Below are positions 9,975 through 17,978 of a stretch of 64,000 nucleotides of DNA, one piece after another. The first letter of the stretch is position 1; each line of letters begins with the position of its first letter. Origin of the DNA: Candidatus Omnitrophota bacterium (GTDB lineage: Bacteria; Ratteibacteria; UBA8468; B48-G9; DTJG01); the NCBI GenBank assembly GCA_023819255.1, contig JAMWBU010000001.1:85512-149511 (forward strand). The letters run 5' to 3'. Below the pieces are notes generated by a model, which saw nothing but the letters and a program-made list of their open reading frames with translations, searched no databases and was not told the DNA's origin. A program made the position numbers and the translations under genes.

Positions 9975-11045
9975 TCAGAGAAGTTCCTTATAAACCTTTA
10001 TAGTTTTATTCACCATCTGTTCAAGAGAGAAGTTCTTCATCACGAAATCTTTTCCGTTTCTTGCCATTTTTTTCATTTCCTCTGGATGTATGAACGCAAA
10101 AATGATTGCCTCCGCCATCGCTTCAATATCAGAAGGAAAACAAATAAGTTCCCTGTCTGTTTTAATAAATGAGCCTCTTTGTATTCCATTAAGCGTTGTT
10201 AACACAGGTACTTCGGCCAGCTGAGCTTCATATACGCTTCTACCGAGCCACGGTATTATCCCTTCGAGTAGTGTTTCAGTTTCAATATGTGGAGCCACAA
10301 GAAGGTCGATTTTTGAAAGAAAATCAGGCGCCCTACCCTTAAGAAACTGTGCATTTACTCCCAGATTATTGCTAATGCATTCAAGCTGTTTTTTATATGG
10401 GCCGTCACCTATTATCCATAATTGAAGTTCGGGTATTGTTTTTCTTGCAATGGCGATAGCCCGGATAAGATTTTGAAATCCCTTTAGTTTTGTAAGCCTG
10501 CCTATGCCGCCGACTGTAAATTCTGTATGGTGTTTTTTTTTGAGGTTAACATAAGGGTCAAACCTTATGCCATTATGAACAACCCTGATGTTTTCGGGTT
10601 TTGCTTCAAGTTTTTCAACGGCATATCTGGCGAGGAAATCGCTTATGGCAATTACGCGTTCCCCTCTGGCAATGATTTTGCTGTAAAACCGAAAATTATA
10701 GAAACCATGAATACTGGTAACAAATCTGGTTTTTTGATTTTTTAAAAGTGCACAGTATCCTATCCATGCCGGAAATCGGCTTCTACAATGCAAAATCTCA
10801 GGTCTTTCTGTTTCAATAATAGATCGAAGTTTTCTCAATGATTTAAAGAAAACAGCCGGTGTTTTTTTGCTTGTCGGCAGGTTTATCCATCTGATATTTG
10901 CCTTTTCCATCAGAGGAACATAATTACCATGGCCGGATATTATTGTGACTTCTATGCCTTTTTTCTTTAATCCCGCAGCAAGGTCAAAGGTCCCCTCCTC
11001 CACTCCTCCAAGATTCATTTCAGGAACCATGAGAAAGACTTTCAT
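9975..11045 (-). CDS. glycosyltransferase family 4 (GT1 Pfam type)
   Basis: MKVFLMVPEMNLGGVEEG at the N-terminus and the GT-B C-domain motif (EGIIPWLGRSVYEAQLAEVPVL). I chose the ATG at 11045 because it directly follows the upstream TAA (TAATATG). The track ORF extends to 11081. Confidence 0.75.
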   Translation of the reverse strand: MKVFLMVPEMNLGGVEEGTFDLAAGLKKKGIEVTIISGHGNYVPLMEKANIRWINLPTSKKTPAVFFKSLRKLRSIIETERPEILHCRSRFPAWIGYCALLKNQKTRFVTSIHGFYNFRFYSKIIARGERVIAISDFLARYAVEKLEAKPENIRVVHNGIRFDPYVNLKKKHHTEFTVGGIGRLTKLKGFQNLIRAIAIARKTIPELQLWIIGDGPYKKQLECISNNLGVNAQFLKGRAPDFLSKIDLLVAPHIETETLLEGIIPWLGRSVYEAQLAEVPVLTTLNGIQRGSFIKTDRELICFPSDIEAMAEAIIFAFIHPEEMKKMARNGKDFVMKNFSLEQMVNKTIKVYKELL

Positions 11046-11046
11046 A

Positions 11047-12060
11047 TTACTCAAACAGGAAAAGTTGTTTGCTTTCATCAAGCATCAAACGGGCGGCGTC
11101 AATGACTTTTTCGGGTTCAATGGTTTTTATGCATTGATAATTCTTATTGCATTTTCTTTTCTTGTTGCATGGAAAGCAATCCATATCGGCATGGATAATG
11201 ATATATTTTTTTCCCAGAGGTCCGTATCTATAAGGATTACCCGCTCCAAATATACTTACCACAGGTGTTCTGGCAGAGCAAGCAAGATATAAAAATAATC
11301 CGTCGCGTGTGATTGCCAGGTTTGCTTTTTCTAAGAAGGCGACTATTTCGCGCGGGTTCTTTACCCCTGACATATCTAATACTTTGCTTTTTTGTTTCAC
11401 AGACGCTATTACTTCTTTTACCACCGGATCCCCTGATTCGCCAAAAAGAAGTATCATGGCATTATATTCTTCTATAAGCGTGTTACAAACTTCCAAGTAG
11501 TTGGCGACACTCCACTTATCCGGTAAATCCGGATTTCCCGGATTAATGGCGACCAGAATTGTTGATCCTGGTATGTCGACTGATTTTAAAAAATTTCTCA
11601 CATGCTGTCTGTCAGATTCCGTTATCGGAAAGTAGAACTCATTTTCACTTGGTTTACCAAAAAATGGTTCAATCATTTTTATAAAATTTACGCTTTCATG
11701 TGTAAAAAACCTGTCGGTAAATAGTTTTTTTGTTAGAAAAACGAGCCTTCTGTTTGTTCTGACAATATAAGGGAATATTGATGGACGAAAACATACGACA
11801 AGTTTATATTTTTCATTTCGTAAAGTTCTGCAGGTTCGCATAGACAGGAAGTTATGATGCACGATTATTTTGTCAAACCAGCCGATTTCCTTTATTATTT
11901 CTTTAGAAGCAGGCCCGCATAAAACATCAAATCTTGCATCTTTATTTTGCTCGCGGATCTGTTTAATGGCAGGCATTAAAAGAAGATCGGTTTCAGGATC
12001 GTTTCCGCCAATTATCAGGACTCTGTTTGATTCATCAGCTCTTTGATTTTCAGTGCGCAT
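11047..12060 (-). CDS. glycosyltransferase family 9 (heptosyltransferase-like)
   Basis: INPGNPDLPDKWSVANY (equivalent to the GT9 K.WP motif), ITRDGLFLYLACSARTPVVSIFG, and a Cys-rich tail (CFPCNKKRKC). The 5' end overlaps the upstream gene by 46 nt. Confidence 0.7.
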   Translation of the reverse strand: MRTENQRADESNRVLIIGGNDPETDLLLMPAIKQIREQNKDARFDVLCGPASKEIIKEIGWFDKIIVHHNFLSMRTCRTLRNEKYKLVVCFRPSIFPYIVRTNRRLVFLTKKLFTDRFFTHESVNFIKMIEPFFGKPSENEFYFPITESDRQHVRNFLKSVDIPGSTILVAINPGNPDLPDKWSVANYLEVCNTLIEEYNAMILLFGESGDPVVKEVIASVKQKSKVLDMSGVKNPREIVAFLEKANLAITRDGLFLYLACSARTPVVSIFGAGNPYRYGPLGKKYIIIHADMDCFPCNKKRKCNKNYQCIKTIEPEKVIDAARLMLDESKQLFLFE

Positions 12061-13094
12061 TTTTTCGACTCGTTAAGAATCGGAAACACCTTTTTTCTCA
12101 GCATCTTTTTTACCGTTTCAACTATTTTTTCAGAATCATTCATACCAGTATATATGCAATATCCTTTTTCAACCAGTTTTCTTATTGTCATATCAAAGGG
12201 AATCTGTTTTCTTTTTCTTCTATTGACACCAAGAATGACCACCGGTTTTCCTGTTGAGCACGCTTCAGATATCATTGTTACGCTGTCTTCTGTGACAAAA
12301 AGAATATCACATACTCCGAGAATTCCAAAATAATGAATTCCGTGTTTTGTTCCCGGGAATTCGCAATAAGCAGGATTTATATCGTATGAGTTTTTGCGCA
12401 AAAACTCTATTACTTCCTCGGGTGTCCTTCTGGATACTGTTATCAAGAAAACAAAATTATCATCGCTCAATTTTTTCAATAAATCGAATAGCATTTTAGC
12501 CCAGCGATCGTCAATGAAATAATTTTGATCATTTCCTCCGATTATTACACCGGCTTTAATTGAACCTTCCTTCAGTTTTATTTCATTCAACAGTTTTTCT
12601 TTTTCTCGGTTGAGTAAAAGGTGTGTTATTCTATTTGGAGCGCCAAGTGTAAAAAATATGTTCCTTGATTTTCTTATTTTTGGATATCTGGCAGCGTCAT
12701 GAAATGGAACGATTAGAAGATCAAATTCCTCCAGCGGAAGACCATCTGGAGTCATAACGCAAATGGATTTTGCATTAATCTTCTTTGAAATCAGCAGATT
12801 TACTGGCGCCAGATATGAACCAGCCGATATGACAATGTCGTAAAGATTTTTCGGCATACCATTTTTTGATAGGTATCTGTACGCTTTATATGCGCATCTG
12901 TAAGCTTTTAAGCGCAATAACAAACCAATAATTTTTGCCGCAATTTTAACTGAACCTTTTCTGCCTGGTAATCTGTAAGAGGGTCCCTTGAAATCCACGC
13001 TAAACATCTGGAAGTTTGGATTTAATGCTTCCGCAATTCCTGAACTTTGATTTGTGTTTCCTGGAATACTATCATCAAGTATAAGAATTTTCAT
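12015..13094 (-). CDS. ELM1/DUF1022-family protein (putative LPS-core-associated glycosyltransferase)
   Basis: The N-terminus MKILILDDSIPGNTNQSSGIAEAL matches the G..NQ..G.AEAL signature I associate with the mitochondrial-fission ELM1-like family, which is seen in bacterial LPS loci. At 359 aa it is compatible with a two-domain GT-B layout. Confidence 0.5.
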   Translation of the reverse strand: MKILILDDSIPGNTNQSSGIAEALNPNFQMFSVDFKGPSYRLPGRKGSVKIAAKIIGLLLRLKAYRCAYKAYRYLSKNGMPKNLYDIVISAGSYLAPVNLLISKKINAKSICVMTPDGLPLEEFDLLIVPFHDAARYPKIRKSRNIFFTLGAPNRITHLLLNREKEKLLNEIKLKEGSIKAGVIIGGNDQNYFIDDRWAKMLFDLLKKLSDDNFVFLITVSRRTPEEVIEFLRKNSYDINPAYCEFPGTKHGIHYFGILGVCDILFVTEDSVTMISEACSTGKPVVILGVNRRKRKQIPFDMTIRKLVEKGYCIYTGMNDSEKIVETVKKMLRKKVFPILNESKKCALKIKELMNQTES

Positions 13095-13151
13095 TTTTTT
13101 TACCGATCCACCGTAAGAATTTTAGCGATACCAAATCAGGTTCGCAAGCCA

Positions 13152-13170
13152 TCATCCCCTGATGGGATGA
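13152..13170. other. 7-bp perfect stem-loop in the hisF/ELM1-like intergenic gap
   Basis: TCATCCC (13152-13158), loop CTGAT, then GGGATGA (13164-13170). No U-run follows on the transcribed (minus) strand, so it is not a canonical terminator. Confidence 0.3.
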
Positions 13171-13183
13171 AAATAACAGGGTG

Positions 13184-13942
13184 TCATATTCTTACCGCTA
13201 TTTTCTTATCGCGCAAAGCTTCCTTAATCTGTGTTATCGTAAACTGGTTAAAATGCAATAATGACGCGATGAGCACAGCCGACGCGTTACCTTCCACAAG
13301 CACCTTATAAAGATGTTCTATTGAACCTGCACCTCCTGACGCTATTACAGGAATCTTCACAACGCTGGCAATTGTTCTTGTAAGTTCCAGGTCATATCCA
13401 CCAAGCGTACCGTCCGCATCAATGCTGGTAAGAAGAATTTCTCCGCATCCAAGATCTTCAACCTTTTTTGCCCACTCTTTTACTTCAATACCCGAAGGGA
13501 TTTTTCCTGATTTTACATAAACCTCCCACCTGTTTTTACCTGTTTTTTTTGCGTCTATGGCAACAACTATGCACTGGCTTCCAAATTTTTTTGCAGCTTC
13601 ATAAACAATGTCCGGATTTCTGACCGCTTCTGTGTTTATTGATATCTTGTCTGCGCCATTTTCAAGAAGAGTGAGTATGTCCTGCGTATTTTTTATTCCA
13701 CCTCCCACAGTGAATGGGATTGAAATGTTTGATGCCACATTCCTTACGAGTCCTTTCATAGTTTTGCGTTTTTCTATTGTCGCGCTGATATCGAGGAAAA
13801 CAAGTTCGTCTGCTCCCTGTTGACAGTAATATTCTGCGGATGCGACTGGTTCACCCGCATCTTTGAGGTTTTCAAAATGCACGCCTTTAACCACTTTTCC
13901 ATCCTTAACATCAAGACAGGGAATTATTCTTTTTGCAAGCAT
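13184..13942 (-). CDS. hisF: imidazole glycerol phosphate synthase, cyclase subunit
   Basis: MLAKRIIPCLDVKDGKVVKG, FLDISA..EKRKTM, IPFTVGGGI, DADGT..GYD and IASGGAG. It is near-collinear with Thermotoga HisF as I recall it. Confidence 0.93.
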   Translation of the reverse strand: MLAKRIIPCLDVKDGKVVKGVHFENLKDAGEPVASAEYYCQQGADELVFLDISATIEKRKTMKGLVRNVASNISIPFTVGGGIKNTQDILTLLENGADKISINTEAVRNPDIVYEAAKKFGSQCIVVAIDAKKTGKNRWEVYVKSGKIPSGIEVKEWAKKVEDLGCGEILLTSIDADGTLGGYDLELTRTIASVVKIPVIASGGAGSIEHLYKVLVEGNASAVLIASLLHFNQFTITQIKEALRDKKIAVRI

Positions 13943-13943
13943 T

Positions 13944-14549
13944 TTATTTCATTTTAACGAAATTTTTGATTAAACGGAATCCACATTCACCGCTTTTTTC
14001 AGGGTGAAACTGGACGCCGACCAAATTTTCCTTTTGTACGATGGATGTGAATTCAAAACCGTACTCGGTGATTCCGTATATAATATTTTTTTCTTCTGGT
14101 ATCGAATAGTATGAGTGAGCAAAATAGAAAAAGCTTTCATCCTGAATGCCTTTTAAAAACAGAGATTTTTTCAATATTCTTACAGAATTCCAACCCATGT
14201 GCGGGACAGGAAGATTTTTTTTGCGAGGAAATTTTCTCACAGCGCCTTTCAATATCGAAAGCCCTTTTAATTTTCCCTCTTCGCTATTTTCAAAAAGCAT
14301 CTGTAATCCAAGGCAAATGCCAAGCATCGGTTTTCCTTTTTTGACCTGCTCTATTATCGCTTCTGAAAGGCAATTTTTTGTAAGATGTAACATTCCTTCA
14401 TCGAACGCGCCTACACCTGGAAGAACAATTCTATGGACCTTTGAAAGCATTTCTGGTTTTGAAATTATAAGAGCTTTTTCGTCCAGTCTTTTGATGTTAT
14501 TGAAAAGGCTGAATATATTTCCTGCGCCATAATTAATGATACCTGTCAT
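13944..14549 (-). CDS. hisH: imidazole glycerol phosphate synthase, glutaminase subunit (class I GATase)
   Basis: LPGVGAF, the catalytic GICLGLQ, VPHMGWN, YFAHSY and VQFHPEKSG. A single nt separates it from hisF. Confidence 0.9.
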   Translation of the reverse strand: MTGIINYGAGNIFSLFNNIKRLDEKALIISKPEMLSKVHRIVLPGVGAFDEGMLHLTKNCLSEAIIEQVKKGKPMLGICLGLQMLFENSEEGKLKGLSILKGAVRKFPRKKNLPVPHMGWNSVRILKKSLFLKGIQDESFFYFAHSYYSIPEEKNIIYGITEYGFEFTSIVQKENLVGVQFHPEKSGECGFRLIKNFVKMK

Positions 14550-14603
14550 TGCAGTTTACTTCCGATTTGAGTTTTGTAAAGTTTTTATGTAAATAAAGGA
14601 TAG

Positions 14604-15557
14604 TTATGCAAATTCTATTGTGCCAGGGGGTTTGGGAGTTACATCATATAAAACTCTGACAATCCCCGGTACTTCATTTAAGATTCTTTTTGTGATTTTC
14701 TCCATTTTTATCCATGGCACTCTGTAAGGTTTTGCCAGCAGAGAATCCTTGGTTACTTCGACTATTCTTATTGCTATTGTATCGCCAGTGACAGCAGAAT
14801 CATTATGGATGCCCGTGACTCTGTCGGTCAGAAGTACAGGAAATCCCTGGAAAATTTTCGGGCTGTTTAGCTCAGATTCAACTATTACGGTTGCTTTTCT
14901 TATCTTTTCAACCCTTTCAAATGTTACTTCGCCTGTGATCCTTATTGCAAAACCAGGTCCCGGGAAAGGCTGAAGCCGTAAATATTTTGGGGGTATGGCA
15001 AGACTTTTAGCAACCATTCTTACACGGGTTTTTGTAAGTTCCTTTAAGGGTTCGAATAATCGAAGTCCAAAATTCAGCGGATTTATTCCGGATTCATTCA
15101 GCACATTGAAATGAGTTTTGATGCCTTTTTGTGTCTCTATTATATCCGGAAGTATCGTTCCCTGAACAACTATATCTGCGTCATAACTCCTTATTGCCTG
15201 ACTCATAGTTCTATAGAAGACATCTCTAAATATTGTTCTCTTTTGTTCCGGAGAAACAATCCCTTTTAATGCAGCAAAAAATTCATTCTGCCTGTCCCAT
15301 TTTTGAAGTTCAATTCCATATTTTTTTTGAAAATACTCCTGCATTTCTTTAATTTCATTTTCCCTTAGAAGGCCGGTATCGAGAATAAAAGGTATTATTC
15401 GATTTTTCTGATCTTTTGCAGCAAATCGGACAATTTCAAAACAGACCAAGCTGTCTATCCCGCCAGATATGGCCACAATGGCTCTTTTATCGCCAGTTAC
15501 AGCTCGAAAAGACCTTATTTTTTCTGCAATAAACTTCTTAGGTTCAAATCTTTCCAT
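14604..15557 (-). CDS. GMP synthase ATP-pyrophosphatase subunit-like protein (GuaA C-terminal half only; PP-loop)
   Basis: PP-loop AISGGIDS close to the N-terminus, PFPGPGFAIRI, and the GuaA dimerisation tail ending PKPPGTIEFA (compare PPATIEWE at the end of bacterial GuaA). At 317 aa it has no glutaminase domain. Confidence 0.8.
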   Translation of the reverse strand: MERFEPKKFIAEKIRSFRAVTGDKRAIVAISGGIDSLVCFEIVRFAAKDQKNRIIPFILDTGLLRENEIKEMQEYFQKKYGIELQKWDRQNEFFAALKGIVSPEQKRTIFRDVFYRTMSQAIRSYDADIVVQGTILPDIIETQKGIKTHFNVLNESGINPLNFGLRLFEPLKELTKTRVRMVAKSLAIPPKYLRLQPFPGPGFAIRITGEVTFERVEKIRKATVIVESELNSPKIFQGFPVLLTDRVTGIHNDSAVTGDTIAIRIVEVTKDSLLAKPYRVPWIKMEKITKRILNEVPGIVRVLYDVTPKPPGTIEFA

Positions 15558-15568
15558 TCTATAAATTT

Positions 15569-15596
15569 ATTTTATCACATAATTTAAAAATTTCAA
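15569..15596 (-). promoter_or_regulatory. putative sigma-70 promoter upstream of the GuaA-like gene
   Basis: On the minus strand: TTGAAA (15596-15591), 16 nt, TGa-TAAAAT (-10 at 15574-15569). The ATG at 15557 follows only 11 nt after the -10 and has no Shine-Dalgarno, which implies a leader of a few nt. Confidence 0.3.
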
Positions 15597-15748
15597 AACT
15601 TTCCGATTAGGCGGGCATAAGGTCGTTATGTCTAATCCCTTAGACCCCTTAGCGATATTTGACGAAATCACTTCCGCGTTAATGTAACTTTTACGACGAT
15701 CATAATGAAAAAGAAACAGGATTTTTTGTGCCAGCTTTGGAAAAATAT

Positions 15749-16822
15749 TCATCTGAGATAATCTATTTTTTCAAAAAGCCAGTTTTTGAAATCTTCACCG
15801 GGTTCAATTTCCATTTTTATTGAGAGAGCGTAAACCGGGAAATCTATTTTGAGTTTTTTTAATTTCACAATGTCCTTTTCGGTTGTTGCCATCATATCCA
15901 GATTTAGTTTGAAAAAAATTTCACGTAGCTCGAGTATGTCTTTTTCATTGTAGGCAAAATGGTCAGGATACAATGCTGCCCATACGCGCTGAGGTGATAG
16001 ATTGAGAACTGAGTTTATAAATCCTTCTGGCCTGGCTATCGCGCAAACAGCGAGAATTTTTTTATTCTCAACAATTGTTAATGAAACTTTTTCATTTTTT
16101 AGATCCACAAAATGGGAAGGTGCATATTTTGCTGTGAAAACTGGCTTACCTGATTCTTTTAATCCCTTAATAATCTTTTCATTACTTGCTTTTTTTTGAC
16201 AGGATTCGTTAATCACTATGGCGTCTGCGTATTTAATGAAATTAAAAGGAAAACGCATCCGGCCCGCCGGGATAATAAAATTTACAGGTGTTTCAGGATT
16301 AATAAGAATAATGTCAAGTTTATTTTGAATGTCAAAATATTGAAATCCGTCGTCAATGATAATCAGATCGGGATTTTTTTTTATAACGCTGGAAAACAGG
16401 GCTCGCCGATTTTTCCCATAAATCACTTCTGCTTTTTTTAGTTCCCTGGAAATCAAAATCGGTTCATCTGCACTTGTTGTATTTTTTGCGTAACTTACAA
16501 CAAATATATGTGGTAGAAAAGTTTCGACAAATTTTCCTATCTTTATCGTCAGAGGAGTTTTTCCCGTGCCTCCGAGTTCAATGTTGCCAACTGATATAAC
16601 TGGCACACCATAGCATTTTTTCTTTGTACAGATAAGTTTGATGTAGCAGCCGAGTATCCAGAAAAGTGATAAAGGATAAAAAAAGGCGGCCCAGATACAG
16701 AAAAAGATATTATTATTTTGAATAAAAATCAGGTAATCGTGCACCTTCTTAAAATAGGGTCTGCTGGACCTGATTTTCAAATAACAAAGGGTCGATTTTG
16801 ACTGTGCCGAATTCTCCATCAT
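15749..16822 (-). CDS. lpxK: tetraacyldisaccharide 4'-kinase
   Basis: P-loop VISVGNIELGGTGKTPLT, IIIDDGFQ and a hydrophobic N-terminal helix. The start is uncertain. ATGATG at 16822/16819 is preceded by AGGA but overlaps the upstream gene by about 70 nt. A GTG at 16744, just after the upstream stop, is an alternative. The track ORF to 16945 is probably too long. Confidence 0.85.
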   Translation of the reverse strand: MMENSAQSKSTLCYLKIRSSRPYFKKVHDYLIFIQNNNIFFCIWAAFFYPLSLFWILGCYIKLICTKKKCYGVPVISVGNIELGGTGKTPLTIKIGKFVETFLPHIFVVSYAKNTTSADEPILISRELKKAEVIYGKNRRALFSSVIKKNPDLIIIDDGFQYFDIQNKLDIILINPETPVNFIIPAGRMRFPFNFIKYADAIVINESCQKKASNEKIIKGLKESGKPVFTAKYAPSHFVDLKNEKVSLTIVENKKILAVCAIARPEGFINSVLNLSPQRVWAALYPDHFAYNEKDILELREIFFKLNLDMMATTEKDIVKLKKLKIDFPVYALSIKMEIEPGEDFKNWLFEKIDYLR

Positions 16823-17978
16823 ATCCTGGTATAACAATAAGTTTTTCTTCTCTGACAAGTTGAATTCCTTTTGCGAGTTCTTCAGGAAGATTTGAAAAGA
16901 GGTCTTTTTCGGGCACTTCAAGCAAAATTTTAAGTTCAGCACCAAGTTTTGTTGTGGCCTGTGTGTATAATTGAAGTGTAAAGCTTGATTCCACCTCTTT
17001 TTGATAAACAGACGCTATAATCTGATCAAGGGGCACAAGATGTTTGAAAGGCACTCTATTTTTTGCTTCATCCGGGCTTTTTCGATCAGCCAGCGCGGTA
17101 ATTCTGTGCATTACGCCGACTGTCACCTTTTTTCCGCATACCGGACACAGAAGCTTATTTTTTATTGCTTCCGAAGGAGAGAGGCGCACCTTGCACAACC
17201 TGTGACCGTCAAAATGATATTTCCCTTCTTCAGGGAAATATTCTATAGTGAAAAGAAAACGGTTTTTGTCTCCTGTTTTCAATATATCTTTTAATTCCAT
17301 AAAACTAAAAGGTTTATAAAAAACATTTGCTTCTCTGCCGATTTTCTGGGGAGAATGAGCGTCGGAGTTTGAGACCAAAGTATAGAAATCCAGGTGTGAA
17401 AGCAGCCAGTTCATTGGAGGATCGCTGCTTAATCCGGTTTCAAGGGCGAAAATATTTCTTGTTTCTTCCTCGAAACAGTCTTCGATTCTGTCAAAACCCG
17501 AGTTTGCTCCAAATAGCGAAAAATGGGGAGTCCAGATATGCGCTGGAATTATAAATCCTTCTGGATCGGCTTCTCTAACAATTTTTACCAGTGTCCTTGC
17601 GTCAATTTGAAGGATAGGTCTGCCATCTATTAAAAGTTCTGCAAATTTTTCAAGGGACCTGTTAAATCTTTCGGCGCCTTCGAAGGATGAAAAAAATACA
17701 ATATTGTGAATTTTTCTGATAGCTTTATCTTTTGGAAAAATATTGTTGACCTCTCCGGTCAGGATAAAATCTATTCCGTTGAATGTATATATGCCCTGTC
17801 TGTTGGATTCCTTAAGCCATTTTTTTAATTCTGCGATCCACAGCGGATGAGTAATATCTCCTGTGCCAAGTAGTGAAATCCCTTTATTCTTTGCCCACTG
17901 ACAGAGATGTTCAATATCCATGTTTTTGCTTGTAGCGCGGCTGTATCTTGAATGAATGTGTAAGTCAGCGATATACAT
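16749..17978 (-). CDS. PHP-domain protein, endonuclease Q (EndoQ / TIGR00375)-like
   Basis: MYIADLHIHSRYSRATS...GISLLGTGDITHP...GIDFILTGEV is collinear with the N-terminus of Pyrococcus EndoQ as I recall it. There is a later Zn-finger-like H..C...CPVCGKKVTVGVMHRI. Length is 409 aa. Confidence 0.65.
   Translation of the reverse strand: MYIADLHIHSRYSRATSKNMDIEHLCQWAKNKGISLLGTGDITHPLWIAELKKWLKESNRQGIYTFNGIDFILTGEVNNIFPKDKAIRKIHNIVFFSSFEGAERFNRSLEKFAELLIDGRPILQIDARTLVKIVREADPEGFIIPAHIWTPHFSLFGANSGFDRIEDCFEEETRNIFALETGLSSDPPMNWLLSHLDFYTLVSNSDAHSPQKIGREANVFYKPFSFMELKDILKTGDKNRFLFTIEYFPEEGKYHFDGHRLCKVRLSPSEAIKNKLLCPVCGKKVTVGVMHRITALADRKSPDEAKNRVPFKHLVPLDQIIASVYQKEVESSFTLQLYTQATTKLGAELKILLEVPEKDLFSNLPEELAKGIQLVREEKLIVIPGYDGEFGTVKIDPLLFENQVQQTLF

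Noticed and set aside
13184-15557. Interpretation of the PP-loop + HisH + HisF trio as a WbuX/WbuY/WbuZ-type acetamidino-sugar amidotransferase system
   Set aside because: HisF here carries the canonical IGP-synthase motifs, and the PP-loop protein ends with the GMP-synthase dimerisation signature rather than resembling WbuX or PseA. It is kept only as a low-probability alternative in the corresponding finding.
15558-15748. Possible purine, ZTP or preQ1-type riboswitch upstream of the GuaA-like gene
   Set aside because: I could not find the conserved cores (a guanine-type three-way junction, or the ZTP CCGCCUGG-type 3' element). Only a weak imperfect stem (AAGGGGTC...GACCTT) is present. A promoter-like element sits so close to the ATG that no room is left for an expression platform.
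16823-16945. Long N-terminal extension of the lpxK ORF (41 extra codons)
   Set aside because: It would overlap the upstream EndoQ-like gene by almost 200 nt and adds a non-hydrophobic, Lys-rich segment not seen in LpxK. An internal ATGATG with AGGA, or a GTG just after the upstream stop, is more plausible.
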